Source: Chrysochromulina tobinii (Eukaryota). Taken from it: DNA of 64,000 bases. The notes under the pieces are model-generated. The model was given only the letters and a program-made list of their open reading frames with translations, was not told the DNA's origin and made no database searches. This document shows positions 61,367-64,000 of this stretch, piece by piece (position 1 is the first letter of the stretch; each line of letters opens with the position of its first letter). A program made the translations under genes and the position numbers. Where the stretch lies: the NCBI GenBank assembly GCA_001275005.1, contig JWZX01003377.1, positions 1 to 64,000 of the forward strand, in the 5' to 3' direction.

Positions 61367-64000
61367 ATGACTGACGGTCAGGAGCGCGTGCGCTTGCGGG
61401 CGCGCGAGGGCGAGGCTGTCGAGTGGACGCGCCGGGTGGCCCAGCAAGCAGGCACGCTCAAAGACATGATGGACGACGCTCCAACCGAAGATGGCGTCTA
61501 CCCGGTGCCGATGATTGCAGCGGCAGAGCTGGCAGTGCTCCGGGAGATGTGCGAGGCCGACTCCATGCCGGCTCGGCTCGAGCAGTGCTCGATCTCGGAG
61601 CTCTTCAGGCTCGTCGAGGGCGCCAGCTTCCTCGACGCCCCAAGGGCGCTCAATCATGCGCAGTGCGCCCTCGGCACACGCCTCAACGGCAAATGTGCCA
61701 ATGAGCTGAGAGAGCTGCTCGGCGCAACGGAAGGCTTTGGCAATGCGGATGAACGTGTGGCGGCACTCGCCGAGCCGGCGTTCTCGCCGGAGGGACAGCT
61801 GTCAGAAGCCACGGTGGGCTCTGCGGGGGGAGCACCCGCGCTGCTCCAACCGCAGCCCTCGCTGTCGGGGATGGCAGTCACAGACGATGCCAAGGAGGTG
61901 GCGCTGGGCATGGTCGACGTGGGCACGCTGGTCGAGCTCAAGGGCGTGAGCCAATCGTGGTTGGCGCTCGCGCGGCGCGTGCTCTGCTCCCGCCTCAGCC
62001 GCTGCGAGGGTCAGCCCGCGCCGACTCAGATGGCTGAGATCACCGATCTCAACATCAAGGTCCTCGTCGACGCGGGCCGGCCATGGGAGGCGGCGGCGGC
62101 GGGGAGGATGCTGCCCAACCTGGCCCGATTGCGTTGGGAGGGCTTCGAGGTGAGTGTGGCCGCGGTCCGCGAGGTGGATCTGGACGAGAGGGATGAGGAC
62201 GAGGACGAGGAGGAGGGCCTGTTCTTTGGTGGCCCTGCCGAGAGGCCACGGAGGGCTTGGAAGCTCCTTGGAAGCTACACTGCTCTCCTCAGCTGCATCG
62301 AGGGAGAGGGCGAGCCGCCGCTCGAGCTACTGCTTGCAGCTGTCGCCTGCGCCGGCTCTGGCGAGATTCGCGGCATACCGGTGCAGATGATGCGCGACGA
62401 CTCCGTCTCTGAGCTCGACCTGCAAAAGATAAATATCGGCGTCGAGGGTGGCATGCTTCTTGCGCACCTCGTGCCTGTCATGGGCAGGCTGACAGTGGCC
62501 AACCTCCTGGGCAATCAGCTTGATGCGGAGTCCGCCAAGATACTCGCTGAGGTCGCCAAGCAGAAGGGCATCTCGCTCTGCGGCATCCAGCGCGACCAGA
62601 CCACCGCTGACTTCTCCAACCAGGACCTCAAGCCGCCCGATGCGATCCTGCTGGGGTCGGACCTGTCACAGGCTGTTGTCACAGACGGGCTGACGAGCAT
62701 CAACCTCTCCGGAAACCAGATGTGCGGCATTTGGACTGTCTGGAGCAACCAACTAGGCACCTACACCGCAGAGGGCATCACTGCAATCGCCGACGCCCTG
62801 CGTGTTAATGGCGCATTGACGTCCGTCAAGCTCAGGGGCAACGAGCTCGGGGACGAGGGTTGGGGAGCCATCTTTGCCGCCATCTGCGCCAACAAGGACA
62901 GCAAGATCATGTCCTTGGATGCGTCCGGTGAGAACATCGGCCTTGCTGGTGGCAAGCTGATCGCCAAGGCGCTCTGCACGAGCGTCACAGGCACATTGAC
63001 GTCCTTCAATCTCAGGGGCAACAAGCTCGGGGAAGAAGGCTGGGGCGCCATCTTTGCCGCCATCTGCGGCAGCAAGGACAGCAAGATCATGTCCTTGGAT
63101 GCGTCCGGTGAGAACATCGGCCTTGCTGGTGGCAAGCTGATTGCCAAGGCGCTCCGCACGAGCGTCACAGGCGGGCTGACGGCCCTGAATTTGTCCTTGA
63201 ACAGCCTCAAGGATGAGGGCGTAAGCGCAGTCTGCAAGGCCATCCAGAGCAACAAGGAGACCAAGATTGCGTCACTCAACTTCGAGGACAACGGCATCGT
63301 CGGGCCAGTTGGAGCAAACGCTGTGGCGGCTATGGTGGCCGTAACAGGCGCACTGACGTCCGTCAAGCTCAGGGGCAACGAGCTCGGGGACGAAGGCTGG
63401 GGCGCCATCTTTGCCGCCATCTGCGGCAGCAAGGACAGCAAGATCATGTCCTTGGATGCGTCCGGTGAGAACATCGGCCTTGCTGGTGGCAAGCTGATCG
63501 CCAAGGCGCTCCGCACGAGCGTCACAGGCGGGCTGACGGCCCTGAATTTATCCTTGAACAGCCTCAAGGATGAGGGCGTAAGCGCAGTCTGCAAGGCCAT
63601 CCAGAGCAACAAGGAGACCAAGATTGCGTCGCTCAACTTCGGGAGCAATTGTATCGGTCCAGTTGGAGCAAACGCTGTGGCGGCTATGGTAGCCGTCACA
63701 GGCGCGCTGAAGAGCATCAACCTCTCCGGAAACCAGCTGTGCGGCATCTGGACTGGATGGAGAGGCCAACAACATGGCACCTACACCGCAGAGGGCGTCA
63801 CTGCAATCGCCGACGCCCTGCGCGTTAATGGCGCGCTGACGAAGCTGTCGCTCGCCCACAACAATTTGGGGGAGGAGGGCACCAAGGCCATTTGCGAGGC
63901 ACTAGAACAGAACACGACGCTTAAGGAGCTCGACATCCGCGACAGCGACATTGGTGGTTCAGCAGGAGCCAAGCACGTGGCCAAGATGGTAGGCGTCAAT
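61367..64000 (+). CDS. Skp1-like + F-box-like + RNI-type LRR fusion protein; runs off the window end and is absent from the ORF track
   Basis: Manual translation from ATG 61367 shows no stop: VRLRAREGE...AQQAGTLKDMMDD...ELFRLVEGASFLD...LNGKCANELRELLG (Skp1 fold), TDDAKEVALGMVDVGTLVELKGVSQSWLALA (F-box-like), then LxxLxLxxNxLGxEG LRRs. Confidence 0.82.
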   Translation, partial: MTDGQERVRLRAREGEAVEWTRRVAQQAGTLKDMMDDAPTEDGVYPVPMIAAAELAVLREMCEADSMPARLEQCSISELFRLVEGASFLDAPRALNHAQCALGTRLNGKCANELRELLGATEGFGNADERVAALAEPAFSPEGQLSEATVGSAGGAPALLQPQPSLSGMAVTDDAKEVALGMVDVGTLVELKGVSQSWLALARRVLCSRLSRCEGQPAPTQMAEITDLNIKVLVDAGRPWEAAAAGRMLPNLARLRWEGFEVSVAAVREVDLDERDEDEDEEEGLFFGGPAERPRRAWKLLGSYTALLSCIEGEGEPPLELLLAAVACAGSGEIRGIPVQMMRDDSVSELDLQKINIGVEGGMLLAHLVPVMGRLTVANLLGNQLDAESAKILAEVAKQKGISLCGIQRDQTTADFSNQDLKPPDAILLGSDLSQAVVTDGLTSINLSGNQMCGIWTVWSNQLGTYTAEGITAIADALRVNGALTSVKLRGNELGDEGWGAIFAAICANKDSKIMSLDASGENIGLAGGKLIAKALCTSVTGTLTSFNLRGNKLGEEGWGAIFAAICGSKDSKIMSLDASGENIGLAGGKLIAKALRTSVTGGLTALNLSLNSLKDEGVSAVCKAIQSNKETKIASLNFEDNGIVGPVGANAVAAMVAVTGALTSVKLRGNELGDEGWGAIFAAICGSKDSKIMSLDASGENIGLAGGKLIAKALRTSVTGGLTALNLSLNSLKDEGVSAVCKAIQSNKETKIASLNFGSNCIGPVGANAVAAMVAVTGALKSINLSGNQLCGIWTGWRGQQHGTYTAEGVTAIADALRVNGALTKLSLAHNNLGEEGTKAICEALEQNTTLKELDIRDSDIGGSAGAKHVAKMVGVN
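62695..63840 (+). repeat. Near-identical LRR cassettes in the order C-A-A-B-A-B-C
   Basis: C 62695-62820 and 63712-63840. A 62821-63000, 63001-63180 and 63358-63537. B 63181-63357 and 63538-63711. Confidence 0.9.

Noticed and set aside
62695..63840. CRISPR-like or mobile-element interpretation of the repeats
   Set aside because: The repeats are in-frame coding units with no spacers, no cas genes and no transposase.
62515..63999. Minus-strand repetitive ORFs
   Set aside because: They are antisense shadows of the LRR gene.
1..64000. tRNA, rRNA or transposase genes
   Set aside because: None recognised by eye. A tRNAscan-SE/Infernal run would be needed to exclude small ncRNAs.

Overview
GC-rich, intron-containing eukaryotic DNA, most likely from a haptophyte-type alga with a secondary plastid. 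This is an inference from the bipartite plastid leaders, a GC-AG intron and the LRR/ankyrin gene styles. About 26 compactly spaced genes are present. The core is a ~22 kb nitrate-assimilation cluster (11053-32800): CNX2/MoaA, NAR1 nitrite transporter, ferredoxin nitrite reductase, an 8-exon nitrate reductase, a stand-alone cytochrome b5 and NRT2. A shared 9-bp element, SCGAGAGAC, sits about 50-90 bp upstream of CNX2, NiR, NR/cyt b5 and NRT2. It also sits upstream of two orphan genes, a 102-aa membrane protein head-to-head with NRT2 and a 248-aa Trp/RxxS motif-repeat protein, which makes them candidate new members of a nitrate regulon. Other highlights are a family of related introner-like introns, introns that duplicate their flanking exon ends, a Skp1-F-box-LRR single-chain fusion with shuffled LRR cassettes, a NACHT-ankyrin protein ending in CaaX, a FAM72-RING fusion, a J-domain protein with a PIP box, and a ~3390-aa BAH/Tudor/PHD/JmjC chromatin protein. 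Three apparent +1 frameshifts (495, ~17114, ~32446) may be assembly errors. All domain calls come from recognising motifs by eye; no searches were run.
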